Part shown: piece after piece, positions 12,838 through 26,404 of the stretch | Position numbering within the stretch: the stretch's first letter is position 1 | How the letters are laid out: each line of letters begins with the position of its first letter | Assembly (NCBI RefSeq): GCF_006345805.1 | Contig: NC_042999.1 | Coordinates: forward strand, 144,894,001-144,958,000 | DNA from: Octopus sinensis | Taxonomy: Eukaryota | Reading direction: 5' to 3' | Length of the DNA stretch: 64,000 nucleotides | Notes under the pieces: generated by a model | Databases searched by the model: none | The model's input: the letters and a program-made list of their open reading frames with translations, nothing else | What the model was told of the DNA's origin: nothing | Program-made: the position numbers and the translations under genes

Positions 12838-13350
12838 TTACATGGAAAAATGTGAACATGTAAAGTAATATTCTTAAGATTATAAACCTGGAAAAGTACA
12901 GGACAAGTTATTACACCTGTAAAAGTATAGGACAAACTATTACTTCAAGTAAAGTAAAGAATAAGAAACTTTTTACTTAAAATATTGCAGCAAAGAATGC
13001 CAGTTCTTCTAATTTATCACTCTTTACAGTTCTCATCTATTAAATTTATTGTACAAAACTGTTCAGCTAATTTGTAAGTTTGTCTAATTAATCACTTTTT
13101 TCTGTATTTAAGGTAGTAAATTAACCAAATTCTACTTAAATAAGTATAGCGTTATTTGTAAACTATAATAAAATATTTTTTAATATTCAAATTTTAATTT
13201 TAGCTGCAATATTTTAAGTAAAAGTTTCTTATTCTTTACTTGAAGTAATAGTTTGTCCTATACTTTTACAGGTGTAATAACTTGTCCTGTACTTTTCCAG
13301 GTTTATAATCTTAAGAATATTACTTTCCATGCTCACATTTTTCCATGTAA
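12838..13350. mobile_element. MITE/foldback with about 150-bp near-perfect inverted arms
   Basis: 12838-12991 is the reverse complement of 13203-13350 with few mismatches. Confidence 0.8.
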
Positions 13351-14559
13351 CCCATGATTTTTCCAGGCGTTGCTGTTATAAGATAATTAATAATGTGTCA
13401 ATTAATAATTTAGGATTTTACCTTATAAAATACTGGGTAGGAGAATACATTGGCTGCTATTTTTAGCGTGTCGAGTGACCAGTTAGAGGCTCTTTCATTG
13501 GTTTGATTGTGTGATGAGATTTCTTTTACACATATATGTATAATATACATATATATCATCAGCAGATGTTAGAGAGTAAGTCAAAACTTGAGAGTTTCGT
13601 GTATTGGCATTTATCAAACACAAATTTGTCTATTGTCACTCTGTAACTTGTGACGAAATAACTTCTAAAACACAAAATTTTGTCAAAAATGTTAAGAGTA
13701 AATCCTGTTGTATGTGACACATTGTACCAGTATCGGAAGTTTCAAAGTGTTTAGTTAAAAAAAAATTAATTAAATAATCTGAACATCAAATTGAATAGCT
13801 CCGAAATGGATTAAAAGCAAATTTGAACTCAAAACATAAACACAGGTGAAATACCATTAAGCATTTTGCCTGATATACTAAAATTTCTGCCAGCTCACCA
13901 CCTTAGAACATAAATATTCATTTTAGCAATATATTCTTTAATATTCTTATTGATAAGCGTTACTTCCTTACACGAAATTTCATGGTATTTCACCCCATAA
14001 CTTTTCTTCTACTAATTTTTGTTCAATATGACTGACAACTCTGAATTCTCCATACATTTTTCTATCATTTAAGCCTAAGAAAAGTATACTTTTATTTTGA
14101 AATTAAAAAGTTTATTTTAATTTAAGGTGAGTAGGTGCTTTGGAATCAGGATGATCCTGAGGCTGAAAAATCTGTCCTTCATTTGGTTCTTCAACCTCCA
14201 GTATTGGGAATTAGCTGCAAAAATAAACATGATCTCTAACAGCTGTTTTGATTCATACTTTAAAGATTATAATTGTAATAATTAAATCATTATATAAAGC
14301 AGAATCTAAGTATATAAATATACTTATTAATTGATGTATCTCCATTTTCTTATTTTTCTTCAATAAATATAAACCTTGGTTTATCTAATTACCTATTATT
14401 CGTGAGTATTATAATTAATATTCACAACAAATACCAGTAATTCATTGGATATTACTATCCCTTAATGAAGCTTATCCAACCTCTAATTAAACTTTCTTCA
14501 TATGTGTGTGTGTGTGTGTGTGTGTGCATGCATGTATGTATGCATGTATGTATCCCCTG

Positions 14560-15350
14560 AGGTAAATGGTCCAGACAAATCACAAATCCCCACAGGTAGA
14601 TGGCCCTACTTGATCTGTAGGAAAGGTGTAGGTAGAAATTCTGCAAGATGTACCTGTAAGTTATGGATACATAAAAGGTGCAGCAATATCATAGGAAACT
14701 TAACTGGGAAACTAGTTTTTGTGTGTGGAGGGTGCACAGGTACAATTAACACTAAAGATGTACAGAAAATAGACTACACCAAATGCCAGGAAGGAAAACT
14801 AGAAGTAGTTGATAGCTTCCATTACCTAGGTGACCAATTCAGTTGTGGAAGTGGATGATCGCAAAGCATAGCTGCTAGAATAAGAATAGGTTAGGCAAAG
14901 TTTAGAGAGCTCCTACCTCTGTTGGTAACAAAAGACCTCTCCCTCAGGGTGAAAGCAGATTGTTTGAAGCCTGTGTGCAAACAACCATGCTACACAACAG
15001 TGAAACATGGGCTGTGACTGCTGAGGACATGTGTAGGCTTGAAAGAAATGAAGCTGGTATGCTTTGCTAGATGTGCAATGTCAGTGTGCATGTATGACAA
15101 AGTGTAAATGTCTTCAGGGAAAAGTTGGACATAAGAGGCATCAGATGTGTGCAACAGAGATGACTGTGTTAGTACGGTTATATGCATGTGGATATGGACA
15201 ACTGTGTGAAAAAGTGCTGATCTCTACCAGTGGAAGGAAGCTGAAGAAGAGGACAAAACCCAGGAAGACATGGGAATGTTGGATCTCACCGAAACAATGA
15301 CTAGTGACCGAAAACTTTGGCAATATGCCATGCTTGAGAAAACCCATCAA
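14560..15350 (+). mobile_element. Decayed RTE LINE 3' fragment
   Basis: GRWP..ICRKGVG..C.LWIHKRCS..FHYLGDQ; aligns by eye to 37930-38745. Confidence 0.8.
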
Positions 15351-15699
15351 GCCAAGTGAAATCATAGTTTTGGCTGTTGTCAGTGTCACATAACTGGTAC
15401 CTAAGCCAGTGGCATGTAATAAGCACCTTTCGAGTGTTGGACCTCATGGAGGAAATGTGGCCTATACATCATGGGATCAACCAGGCTATTGGATGTCATT
15501 ATACATTGCTGGTCATAATGTTTTTGCTTTCAAATGATTCCACCCTGCTCACTAGGTTAGCAGATCAACATCCCCTCTGATCAGAAAGTTAATCCATATC
15601 AGGGTTATCCATTTACAGCTGAATGGACTGGAGCATATGCATATGTATGCATGCATGTATGTATGTATGTGCATACACATGTGCAAATACACTGTGTGT

Positions 15700-16940
15700 G
15701 CATGGGTTTTATGGGGTGCATGAAGGTTTCTGCTTTGACACTAGAAATGAGGAGGGAGTAAGGCACCTAGAGTTCTGTTCTGCATATGACTTACTGGTCT
15801 GCAATACTAACTTCAGGAAATCAGCTAACCACCTAATCACTTATCAATCTGGTGGCTATTCAAGCCAAATTGACTACATCCTCACCAGAAACAGGGATAG
15901 ACAGATATTTGTAAATGCAATGTCCTTTCTCATTGAGGAATGTATGACTCAATATAAGTTAGGAGTTAGTGACTTTAGACTTAGAGCTAGATGGACACAG
16001 AGATGCAAACTAGTTTTGAAAAGAAAATTATGGAACCTCAAAGATCCACCAGACAGTCAGAGATTTAAAAACATTCTAATGAAAGCATTTAGTGGGAAAG
16101 AGGAGGAAGTAGTGACATATAACATAGAAGACAACTGGAACTTCTTACAGTACAATCTTCTGAAGGCTGTGGACCAATTCTGCAGTTGGGGCAAAATATC
16201 TGCCAAACTAAGACTGACATAGTGGTAGAACAATGAGGTAGATGGGACCAGGAAAACAGAGACAGGTTTGGAAAGATTGGAGAAATGGAGACAGCAAAGA
16301 GCTATATCAGGTAGCTAAGAGGGAAGCTAGGTGACAGGCTTATCTAGCAAGGGCAGAAGCAGAAAGGAAAAGGTTTGCCAATGTCTTAGAGCATGAAGGT
16401 CAGAGACTTGAGGCATTCCAGATTGCTAGACAGTGTCAGAGTCAATCAAGATGTTGTGAGAGAGAAATATGTACAGATTGACAATGGTGAGCTTGCAGAG
16501 GTGTGGAAGTGACACTATGAAAGGCTATCAAATGTGAAGATTGAATGGGTGAAAGAGAGTCTTCCCTACATGACCCCATACATGAATAAGACCACCTATT
16601 TGAGTTGACATCAGTATGATAGATAAGGCAACTAATGATATGAAAGAAAGGAAAGCCCTTGGTCCATTGGGAGTTACCATTACTGAGATACTTAAAATAT
16701 CTGGTAAAGTAGGATATAGTCTGGTCACCTGCATAGTTAATCAGATTATTCAGGAAGGTGTAATCTCCGTTATAGTCAACTACTACAAGAGTAAATGAGA
16801 TGCCTTAGATAGAAGTAATTACAGGAGCATCAAATTGCTGAACCAGGTCATGAAAGTTACAAAAAGAGTTATAGCCTAATCAATTAGGAACAGAATCAAA
16901 TTAGATAAAATGCAGTTTGGCTTTATGCTGAGGAGAAACA
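15700..16940 (+). mobile_element. Decayed RTE LINE fragment (endonuclease C-terminus to RT N-terminus)
   Basis: RNEEG..LEFC..NTNFRK..ITYQSG..SQIDYIL, homologous to 36180-37450. Confidence 0.8.
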
Positions 16941-17089
16941 CTACTTCCAATACATCAATAAAGTTTAACTACATACATATGGGTTGCACTTACTATGATA
17001 GTGATGTGCATGAGTTTAGGTAGAAACATTTGACCATGTGTGTGAGAACCCTTTAACCATCATAAAAAAATTACACACTTCCTATCAGA

Positions 17090-17950
17090 TGCAGAGAACA
17101 AATCTTGAGGATCAACCCATCCAACACCAGGAACTCAAGATTGCTAGTAACACTGTTGACATAATGAAAGGTAAATCTTGTGAGATTAAAAAGATGCTAG
17201 AGTGGAAGTGATTAGATGTGTACTGTGCATGTGAGGTGAAATGGAGAGGAGCCTTAACCAAACTTTTTAAAGACAAGGAACACAAATACAAATTCTTCTG
17301 GGTTGGTAACAGTGCTAGTGTAGGAAAGTATGCATATCAACGGTGAAATGCATAAATAATGTTACTGAAGTATCCAGAAAATGCAACAAAAACAAAGCTT
17401 AGACTAGTTGTAAGGTGAAGCAATGGCAACTGTTATCTCTCTCAAATACCTAATGAGCAAAAGAAATGAGGCATTACTGTGAACTATTTTGATATTAAAT
17501 GACAGCAACATCGTTATTTATACTAGTGACTTCAGTGAACATGTTAGATAGAACCATGATGCTTGCTCTAGAATATATGATGTTTATGGAATGTTTCTAG
17601 GAATATGGGAGAGATCAAAGTTTTTGAAATTTTGTGGCACAAGTGAACTATCTGCAACATGAATTTCAAGGAGCCAACCAAAGACATGATCATCTTCCAA
17701 TCAGATAAACACGGAAGACAAATAGATTTCGTTCTCAGTAGGAAATGAGATAAGCATACATACTAAGTCTTTCCTTGATGAAGAATGTATTACTAATACA
17801 AGTTATTGATTAGTGACTTCAGAGTAAGATCCAGACACTCTAAGAGGTAAAAGACATGCTGGATAAAGATGTAGACACTGAAACATCCTTATGCTAAATA
17901 TATATTCAAGGCAATAGGTAAGATGAAAAAGAAGAAATTGAAAACTTTGT
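17090..17950 (+). mobile_element. Highly decayed RTE LINE endonuclease region
   Basis: Fragmentary APE-like motifs (E.KWRG, YKFFWVGN, QIDFVL, EECIT). Confidence 0.5.
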
Positions 17951-20443
17951 AAAAAATGATACAAAGACAGAGAAAGCCCACGATCCATTGGGAGTTACAA
18001 CATTGGGATTTAAAAGTCTTGCTGTAAGCTGACAAAGGACAGTTTACAATCACACTATGTTACATTATTGCTACATTTGCTGAATGAATGAAATGATATT
18101 GCAAGGTTCTCTGGTGTGGGGTAGGAAGATGATGCTGATTGTCAGTCAAAAATCCCTTGATTCTATAGTGAGGAGGTTGAGCTTAAACTTCAAGACCTCA
18201 GTTGACATATACTGTATTGTTATGGTTTGACAGGAAGCTTCCATTCCATGAAATGAGTAAAGCTCATAGGGGAACAACTTATAAGGTTAAGAGGTTCTTG
18301 AGATGCATAACCAAAGGATTCACTGCTGTTAAGTGTAGTCTTGGAAAACTTGAATGAATCATAGATACTTGATTCATAAGAAAATAAGCCAGCATAACAT
18401 TAACTGGAGTTCTTGAGGTCAAGTTAGCCAATATGTATGCAAGTTTTCAGTAGATCTGACTTCGGATGCCATATTTTTAGTGGACACTGAGAAGGAAGAG
18501 AGATTCAAGTGATTAAGGAGATGACTAGTACATCTTTTTCCATTAACTCATTTAGAGGACACGATATATTGTAGTACATCTGAAAGATTGGGACAGGTTT
18601 CTGTGGAGATTGGAAAGTTTAGCAAAGATAGGAACTACTTTTTGAGCATACTTTGAGGTTGATAGCAGGAATACTGTCTGAGTTTGATGCTTGAATTAAA
18701 GGCTAGTGGGCAGCAAATCTGGAGCAATTTTGGTTCAAATGGTGAATTAGATAATTTTGAAATGTTGGCTTCATTTACAGGGATCAGAAAGTTCTGCCAC
18801 AATTTGTGAGGCAGCATAAATTGTAGAAAAGCAAAATCTGGTGTTATAAAAATAACTGTTCAAAAAATAATTGCAGTTACCAAATATCAAGATTTTAACT
18901 CAGATGTGTATCAAACCAGTGATTCTGTTTACATCTAATTTTCTCTGAGATAATTGTCTTATCCCTCCATATTTTATTCTGTACTCTAAATATCTTATAG
19001 TGCTTGCAGCTTTAACAGAATTTCTTTTACCTTTAGTTTCAATAGTATTGTTTTTATTGTTTAGCCTCTTGATCAATGGTCAATGGTGTTCCACCCATGA
19101 TGATTTCATCTGTGACCATAAAACTGCTGAACAAGCAACTACAATTTTATATGTCTTCTGCTTTAGACATGGGAAAGTTTGCCTCTGATAACAATATCAA
19201 CAGGAGTTTCAGTTCTAGTAGGATCACTCAAGTTGGTAACACCCAGGTTAAGAAACTCAATAAAATTGTAAAACATAAAGAGAGAGTTACAATTGTTACA
19301 TTTAGCAATAAGTATATTGAGTCAAAATCAGCTGTTTGGGGCTACAGGCTTATGAGGTCAGAGCTTATCTAGATGTTTAAAGCATAGAGGCTGATAGTTC
19401 ATGACTATACCTGAATGGGATGCCAGTTCATCACAGTATTAATCCCAGGTGCCACTACTACTCACTTTCAACTGAAAGCCAGCAGATGACATGAAATGAA
19501 GTGCTTTAACCAACGGTACAATGTACCATTTGGAGTATGAAAGAAACTTGCAATCTAATGATTGTGAGCCCATCACCCTAACCACTAGGTGATGGACCTT
19601 CACAGTTCTAGAGTGGGCAGAGAACAGACCTACTTCACCCCCATGTTTAAAAATAGGGTCTTAGAGCAAGCTACAACTCAATCATTGAAATAGAATGAAT
19701 TTTGCATTAGCATTCAGTACAAGATTCAACTATATACAAATGAAGAATGGAAATGCTGACTTATATTTGAAAACTAGTTTTGTTGTGGTGAGCAACACTA
19801 CAATAACATCAATCAAGTAGTTTAGTTTTTCTTAATCTATCTACTGTAGGCTAGTACATCACTTCACTTATTTCACTGTATGTAAGTAAGACTAATAACT
19901 TTATTTCACTTGATGTACCAAATGTTGGTATTACTGTACAACATGGATCCCAACAATTTACTTTCATTATTGAATATTTTAAATCTTTAAATATACTTTG
20001 ATGTGTTAGTTGTCTATTTCCACCAATACTAATAAATGTGAATTTCTGTGTGTTCACATGGTTTCCTGGTTTATACACTTAGCCCCTGAGATGTATCTCA
20101 ATGAACAGGACATATTTGGGATCAGAGTAACTCAAGGAGATTTTTACCTATTTTACTTTGGTGCATCCACCTGTCATACAAATTAGTACCACCTTACAAC
20201 ACCTTTAGTTCTTACAACCACCAAAATGTGAATTATGTAGAGTAACAATGGAAGTAGAAGTATAGAGAACGAAAAAGCTGAATATTCTTTGGAGAAATGT
20301 TTAACCTATCAAGAAAATTGATGACAAGCAGTGAGAGCAACCAACATCTTTGGAACTCCTTTAACTTTTATAAATGCTTATGCAGTAAAGTACTCTTCAT
20401 GTTGATTTAAGATGAAATGCCTTTGAGTAATAATGTTATTGAT

Positions 20444-20600
20444 CGCGGGCATGGCTGTGTGGTTAGGGAGCTTGCTTCCTAGCTACATGGTTTCGGGTTC
20501 AGTCCCACTGCGTGGTACTTTGGGTAGGTGTCTTCCACTATAGCCCCGAGCCGACCGGAGCTTTGTGATTGAATTCGGTAGGTGGAAGTTACTGCCGTGT
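20444..20600 (+). mobile_element. tRNA-derived SINE, 5' head
   Basis: A box TGGCTGTGTGG, B box GGTTCAGTCCC, followed by CTTTGGGTAGGTGTCTTC; same family as 31991-32366 and other copies. Confidence 0.75.
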
Positions 20601-21094
20601 GTGTATGTGTGCGTATAGCTGCTCAGTGCCTCTCCGAAAGAGAGAGAGGGAAACACATAGAACTTGAAGTAATAGTCAGTTTTTTCATATTGAATCCATT
20701 CTCCAAGAAGAAAAACTTTTATATGATGAGCCAACATAATTTTGTTTTCAAATGGTGTTTAAAAGTCAAATTAGAATTTGTGAAATGAGTTATAAAAATT
20801 GTGCTTATCAATATCAAGATAGAAAGCTGGCAAGACAAGATTGGAAGTGAGGAGAAGTGATATCTTGAAAAAAGTCAAAAGCCGGAATAGCAAAAATTTG
20901 TGGATCCCTGTGAAACAGTGAGAAAAGATCCAGTAAAGTTTTGACATGATTGGGTGAAGTTTTAGACGAGACATGAAAAATTTGCAGGATCAGAAGATCA
21001 GGTCAAGTTTTGACAAGACAAATTTCTACACAATAAATTTCATATGCAAATAAAAAAAATATTGATGAAATCTCATGTTTCCTTTTTTTAAAGT

Positions 21095-21612
21095 TCTAGT
21101 AAGTAGGAAGGCAAACTCATCACACACACCCTTAGGTAGGTGGCCATGCTCGATCTGTAGAAACTCTATAAGATGTACCCAGTGTAAGCTATGGACACAT
21201 AAGAGGTGCAGCAACATCAAAGGAAAATTAACCAAGAAGATAGCTTTCATGTGCAGTAGATGCACAGGGGCAATAAACACCATAGATACTCAGAAAACAG
21301 ATTCCATCACACTCCAGGGGGGAGAAACAAGAAGTAGTTGATAGCTTCCACTACCTAGGTGACCAAGTTAGTAGTGGGGGTGGATGCTGAGAGAGTGTTA
21401 CCACTAGAATAAGAATAGCCTGGGCAAAGTTTAGAAAGCTTCTTCCCCTACTGGTGACAAAGGGTCTCTCGCTCAGAGTGGAAGGTAGATTGTACGATGC
21501 ATGTGTGCAAACCGCCATGCTTCACGGCAGTGAAACATGGGCCATGACTGTGGAGGACAAGCGTAGGCTCGTAAGAAATGAAGCTAGCATGATCTGCTGG
21601 ATGTGTAATGTC
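21095..21612 (+). mobile_element. RTE LINE internal fragment
   Basis: GRWPCSICR..CKLWTHKRCS; RLYDACVQTAMLHGSETWA. Confidence 0.85.
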
Positions 21613-23395
21613 AGAAAGAAGCACAGCTCTTCATTTATTTATTGATTTATTTTAATTTATGGTTTGCTCTGATTGATAAGACTGTGCCCATGATTATCAA
21701 CAGCATCTTAGAAACTGGTAAGGTTAATATTTCTCTGAGAGTTAATGGCTGCAGAGAAAAGACAAGCTGAGAAGAAAGGACTGGGTGTAGTGCTTAATGT
21801 AAAGGCTGGGGTGGAGATGAAAGGAGGAAAGACAAGTTAATAGTGCTGAAATGAATGTGGTACAAGATGCCAAGCACAAAAGAATAAAGCTCACTGTCGT
21901 CATCATCATTTTATATCTGCTTTCCATGCCAGTATGTGTTGGTTGGTTTGACAGGATTCAATGGATTAGAGGACTATGTCTTGCCCTAATGTTCCAGTTT
22001 TGGCATCATTTGTATGGCTTTACCTTCTTCTTAACACCAATCACTTTACAGAGTTTACTTGACTTTTTTTTTTGTGGTGCCAGCAGTTAATGAGGTTACC
22101 TTGTAACTCAAGGCTGAAGTGCTCTAATGACGGAGATGAAGGGAAAAAGATAAAGTATGATGGAGAAGCAAGAACAGGTTTAATGTCTGTGGAGAAGATT
22201 CATGGCTACCTTGTATTTTACATAGGCGGATGAGAGAGGCTTAAGTGTTACTCAGACAAGTCCAAGAGATGTAGTATAGAAGACAGTTGAAGGCAGAAAA
22301 ATCAAGTTGGGTGGTGAGTAAGGTTGTAAGAGTGTGGGAGGAGTTTAAGCTAACATAAACATGGGAAAAAGTAGGTCAGATATATATAAAAGATGAATGT
22401 AATGACTATTGAACAAAGGTGGGTACATAAAGACAAAGAATGAATAGTAGCTGGCAGAGAAGAGGGAGCCTAGCAATACAGAAATTGAGATATGAGATGG
22501 TACATAGTAACAGGTTCTGCTTTCATTTCTTACAGTAGCAGAATAACATAGTAGAGAGGAGAGTGATGGAGGGATGGATAATAAGATGATGAGGATGGGA
22601 TTAAATGTTGCAAAATAGTAAGAATATGAGATGAATACTAACGAGTCGGGGAACTGATGGTAAGAATGAAGTGTAGGTATGTATAAGAAGTGCTGGGGCT
22701 AGAGACTGCAAGTTAGGGGATGCCAACGGGAGGGGGGTTGTTGAAACATAGTGGACAACACGTCTGTGGACTATAAGCTGAAATGTGTTGGTGAGTGATT
22801 TCAATACCAATCAATCAGGTATGTTTTTTTGTAGAGTGGTGGGATGTACTGCATTGGGGATTCACCCAAGCTTTGTAATGGATTTGTAATTGTTACTGGT
22901 TCTGAGGTGGAATTCTAGTTGTTAAAACAGTTTTTGTTATGCTGAAGATGTGCATTTACCAGGAGAGATCCTCAGTGATTATGAGACTCATTAATTTGTA
23001 ATGACCTTGAGGGTCCTAGTTGTGCGCTGTTCATGTTTAGGAGAGATTGATACAATATTGCAAAATGGAGTATGAGCTGTCAAAGTTGCATATAAAAGCT
23101 CAAGTAATTATAGAGGAATGGAAAATGGTATAATTTACACTGGAGTGGTATTTGTTGGTGATGATGGGGAAACATGTTGTTGATGTACAAATGTAAAAGT
23201 ATTGAAGTGAAGTCAAATTGTAGGGTAAACCAAACATTTTTTGTGATATTTTTGCTGCTGTTTAATAAACAAATATATATATATATATTCATTAATGTAA
23301 CTCAGATAACTTACATAGGTTCCAGCCAATATAGGGCCCAGGCCATAGCCAACTTAATAAGACCACCTGGTGGTGCTATTATATATTTACAGATA

Positions 23396-23607
23396 TGTGT
23401 GTGTCTGTTTGTCCGTCACCAACGCTTGACAATCGGTGTTGGTATGTTTAAGTCCCATAACTTAGCGGTTCAGCAAAACAGAACGATAGAATAAGTACTA
23501 GGCTTAAAATAAGTTCTGGGGGGCCATTTGTTCGACTAGAACCCTTCAAGGTGGTGCCCCAGCATGATCGCAATTAAAAGACTGAAACAAGTAAAAGAGA
23601 AAAGAGA
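23396..23607 (+). mobile_element. tRNA-derived SINE, 3' half
   Basis: AACTTAGCGGTTC..GATAGAATAAGTACTAGGCTT..GACTGAAACAAGTAAAAGAG. Confidence 0.75.
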
Positions 23608-23638
23608 ATTAGATGGATTTCTGCTTAAGGCATGGGAT

Positions 23639-24058
23639 ATAAACCCCTCATAATTTTTTTCATTTTTTGGAATTTTCAGGAAATTTTTGCGAATTTGTAT
23701 TTCACACACAGAAATTCAATAGATTATGCAAAATGCAAAAAAAAAAAAAAAAAAAAAAAAAAATGCTGCATCATTTAAGAGCTATTTAGCTGTTATTTTT
23801 AGCAAATCTCATGACCCATTCTCTCCTCGTCTGTTTGTCAGTCTGACGTATTCATGTTTTTCGATATCTTTCTTCCCTTAAACACATTTAATGGTCTGTT
23901 TCTTGGATTTAAGCTCTAAAGTCGTATTTTTAACTATAATTTAAAAAAGAAAAATTTTGTAAGATAAATTTTTTTTCCATAGTTTTGTGAATTCTCGTGT
24001 AGAGAATTCGCAAAAATTTTATGAAAATTCCAAATAACAAAAAAGTTGAAGGGTTATG
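23639..24058. mobile_element. MITE-like inverted repeat upstream of the RPLP0 promoter
   Basis: TTTGGAATTTTCAGGAAATTTTTGCGAATT ... AATTCGCAAAAATTTTATGAAAATTCCAAA. Confidence 0.6.
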
Positions 24059-24193
24059 GGCACATTGAATAATTTCCGACTCCTTAGAAATTAACTTTAA
24101 CAAGACTTTAACGTCTCAAATAAAATGACTTTATTATCTTGAATTAGTATTTTCAAACGATTTAATTAATATATTACCTACTTCCCAAGATGG

Positions 24194-24290
24194 GAGTTAG
24201 CTCCTCTTATTTTCAATATTTTGTCGGTAGATGGCAGTATAGCGCAAGACTATATAAAACGTACTCCACCCGTCATCCGCCTCTTAGTTG
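24194..24290 (+). promoter_or_regulatory. RPLP0: RPLP0 core promoter: TATA box and TCT/5'TOP-like initiator
   Basis: TATATAAAA at 24251, about 30 nt upstream of the pyrimidine initiator GCCTCTT (about 24281); AGATGGCAGTA and GAGTTAGCTCCTCTTA motifs upstream. Typical ribosomal-protein promoter layout. Confidence 0.75.
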
Positions 24291-24329
24291 CCATACTGTT
24301 TTAACAGGCGGCATATTATACATTCTCAG
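24281..24329 (+). other. RPLP0: RPLP0 non-coding exon 1
   Basis: Starts at the TCT motif and ends CAG|GTGAG at 24329/24330. Confidence 0.7.
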
Positions 24330-24651
24330 GTGAGAGTATTTTTTATTTTTTAAGTCATTCCATCTAAAATTTCTGTCAAAGAAGTGCAATTTGTTTCATC
24401 ATTAGGTTTTAATTGAAAAATAGTCGATGATTTAATCATTGTTTAGCGGATGATATTAGATTATGATTACACGAGGTCAGCCTAAGCATGGGATGCTTAT
24501 ACTTAGCGAAAGTTCTCCAAATTTTTAATACTTTATCAGTCTTTCCAAATTCTCTCCTATCTATCTATCTTTCATCTATCTCTATCTATCTATATATATA
24601 TAAAAAAATAAATTAAAGTTTTTAGAATTAGCTTCGTTGGCTAAAATGGCT

Positions 24652-24886
24652 ACGACGTGATTTACAAGATCATTGCTGATATAGTCTTGTAAAGTGGCAA
24701 ACGGGAGCTGACTTTACTGTACTCTTCGGAGTATAGTTGTTTTGTGCAGTGAAATCCCATTCCACCATGTCGAACATAAATACTTGTCCCCTGGTTGCCA
24801 GCTGAGGACTTGAACAGGGTATATTCCAAAACTTCTCGTAGTCTCTGTGACTATTACCGGGGAGTGAGACCATACTCGGTACAGTT
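24652..24886 (+). ncRNA. SNORA73: Box H/ACA snoRNA U17/SNORA73 (snR30 homologue), copy 1 (divergent)
   Basis: CGACGTG..AAGTGGC..GGGAGC..ATCCCATTCCAC.ATGTCG, H box ACATAA, m1 ATATTCCA, m2 AGACCAT, ACA 3 nt from the 3' end; collinear with vertebrate U17 as I remember it. Confidence 0.9.
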
Positions 24887-25483
24887 CCATTATAATAATA
24901 CTTTCTTTGGTAGAAAGCCTACAGGATTCTCTGGGATATATTTTTTTCATCAATACTTGTTAATAGTCCATTTCATCTGCTGTTATTGTAATTTGATAAA
25001 TTGGATCGTTCTAAGAACCAAAAAGATATTTAAAAAATCGAGTATAAAGATTACTAGTATATTCTCTTAAAAGTAGATTAAAATTAAACAATGCAATGAC
25101 TAGGTGAAAGTGTGATGGATTTCAGGCCATGTGCGTTATGGCGGGTGCCTGCTTACGTGTGTCATTTCGTCGGAAATTTTCTTCGAACCGTATGCTATTT
25201 CTTTGAAGGCTAATTATCTTTCAGCGTATACACTAGATATGTAGAAAAAGTTTCTGTACACATAAGATTAATTTTGCTTTATGCCATGTGAATGAACTCC
25301 TAAGAGTAAAATATACTCTTCTCCCAGTCAACCATTCCCTTGTATTAAGTACGGAGAATAAAACGCATGTAGTATATGTATCTGTTCATGATTGCCGTTA
25401 TCTATTTACGCTTCGATATCATTAAAGTTGCAAAGGTGCGGGTTAAATTTAGTATAATAGTTTAATGTATGCGTTTAACTTAA

Positions 25484-25720
25484 CCGACGTGATTTATGAG
25501 ATCATTGCTAAAATATCTTGTAAGTGGCAAACGGGAGCTGACTTTACTGTACTCTTTGAGTACAGTTGTTTCGTGCAGTGAAATCCCATTCCACCATGTC
25601 GGAAATAAATCTTGTCCCCTGGCTGATAAAGTCAGGTGAGGACTTGAACAAAGTATATTCCATAACTTCTCATAGTCTCTTTGACTATTACTGGGGAGTT
25701 AGACCATACTCGGTACAGTC
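25484..25720 (+). ncRNA. SNORA73: Box H/ACA snoRNA U17/SNORA73, copy 2
   Basis: Same blocks; H box AAATAA, m1 ATATTCCAT, m2 AGACCAT, ACA at 25715-25717. Confidence 0.9.
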
Positions 25721-26350
25721 TTATCAAGTGTTGTCGGTTTAAGACTGTATAGCGAGTAATTTGAATTCGAATACTGTACCACGTTCTTTCACAAGAGATC
25801 ATACTTCGTCAACGATTTTCTACGCTTCTTTTAATCTTGAAGTTGTACATAACGAAGGAATTTCTAGTGATGGAGTGGGAGAAAAATGAGTCGTTTAGGA
25901 TGCAAATAGCTGCTATTCGAACAACTGCATTGTACTGTTCGAGAGTTCATTTAAATGGCCTCAATTTTTTGGCGGGTTTTCAGAATATCCCTTCACATAA
26001 GTTGAAATTTTTCGGGATGCAAATTCTTGAAAAAAATTCAATCTGAAGTGGAACAGCTATCTCAATAGTTTAAATTTTTTTATTTCCGGAAAACAGTTTG
26101 CGCTAAGTATAGTGTTTTTCATGCCTTCGGAAGGTGTATATATCTGATCATTTGCCGAAGAAAAGGAACAGCATTGTAAGAAGTTAAGGTTTTAGTATAG
26201 TTCTGGGGCTACATTAGCCCCAAAGTATATTAAGCACAACTTAAATTCTTTTTCCGTTTAAGGCTTCTTTTTTTTTATTACAACAATGGTTTAAAAAATT
26301 TTTTCAGATTTATCTTTAAATTGCTGTGGTGCAGTCCCTGATCCACCGAG

Positions 26351-26404
26351 ATGGTCAAGGAAGATAAATCAACCTGGAAAGCCAACTATTTCATCAAGAT
26401 CATT
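26351..26404 (+). CDS. RPLP0: RPLP0 coding exon (exon 2; acceptor at 26307)
   Basis: [18 protein letters not shown] then GTAAGT. Confidence 0.95.

Noticed and set aside
20444-20520. tRNA gene
   Set aside because: A/B boxes belong to a SINE head; there is no cloverleaf or terminator.
24421-24520. Additional C/D snoRNA in RPLP0 intron 1 (several TGATGA-like words)
   Set aside because: No box D at a suitable distance and no terminal stem.
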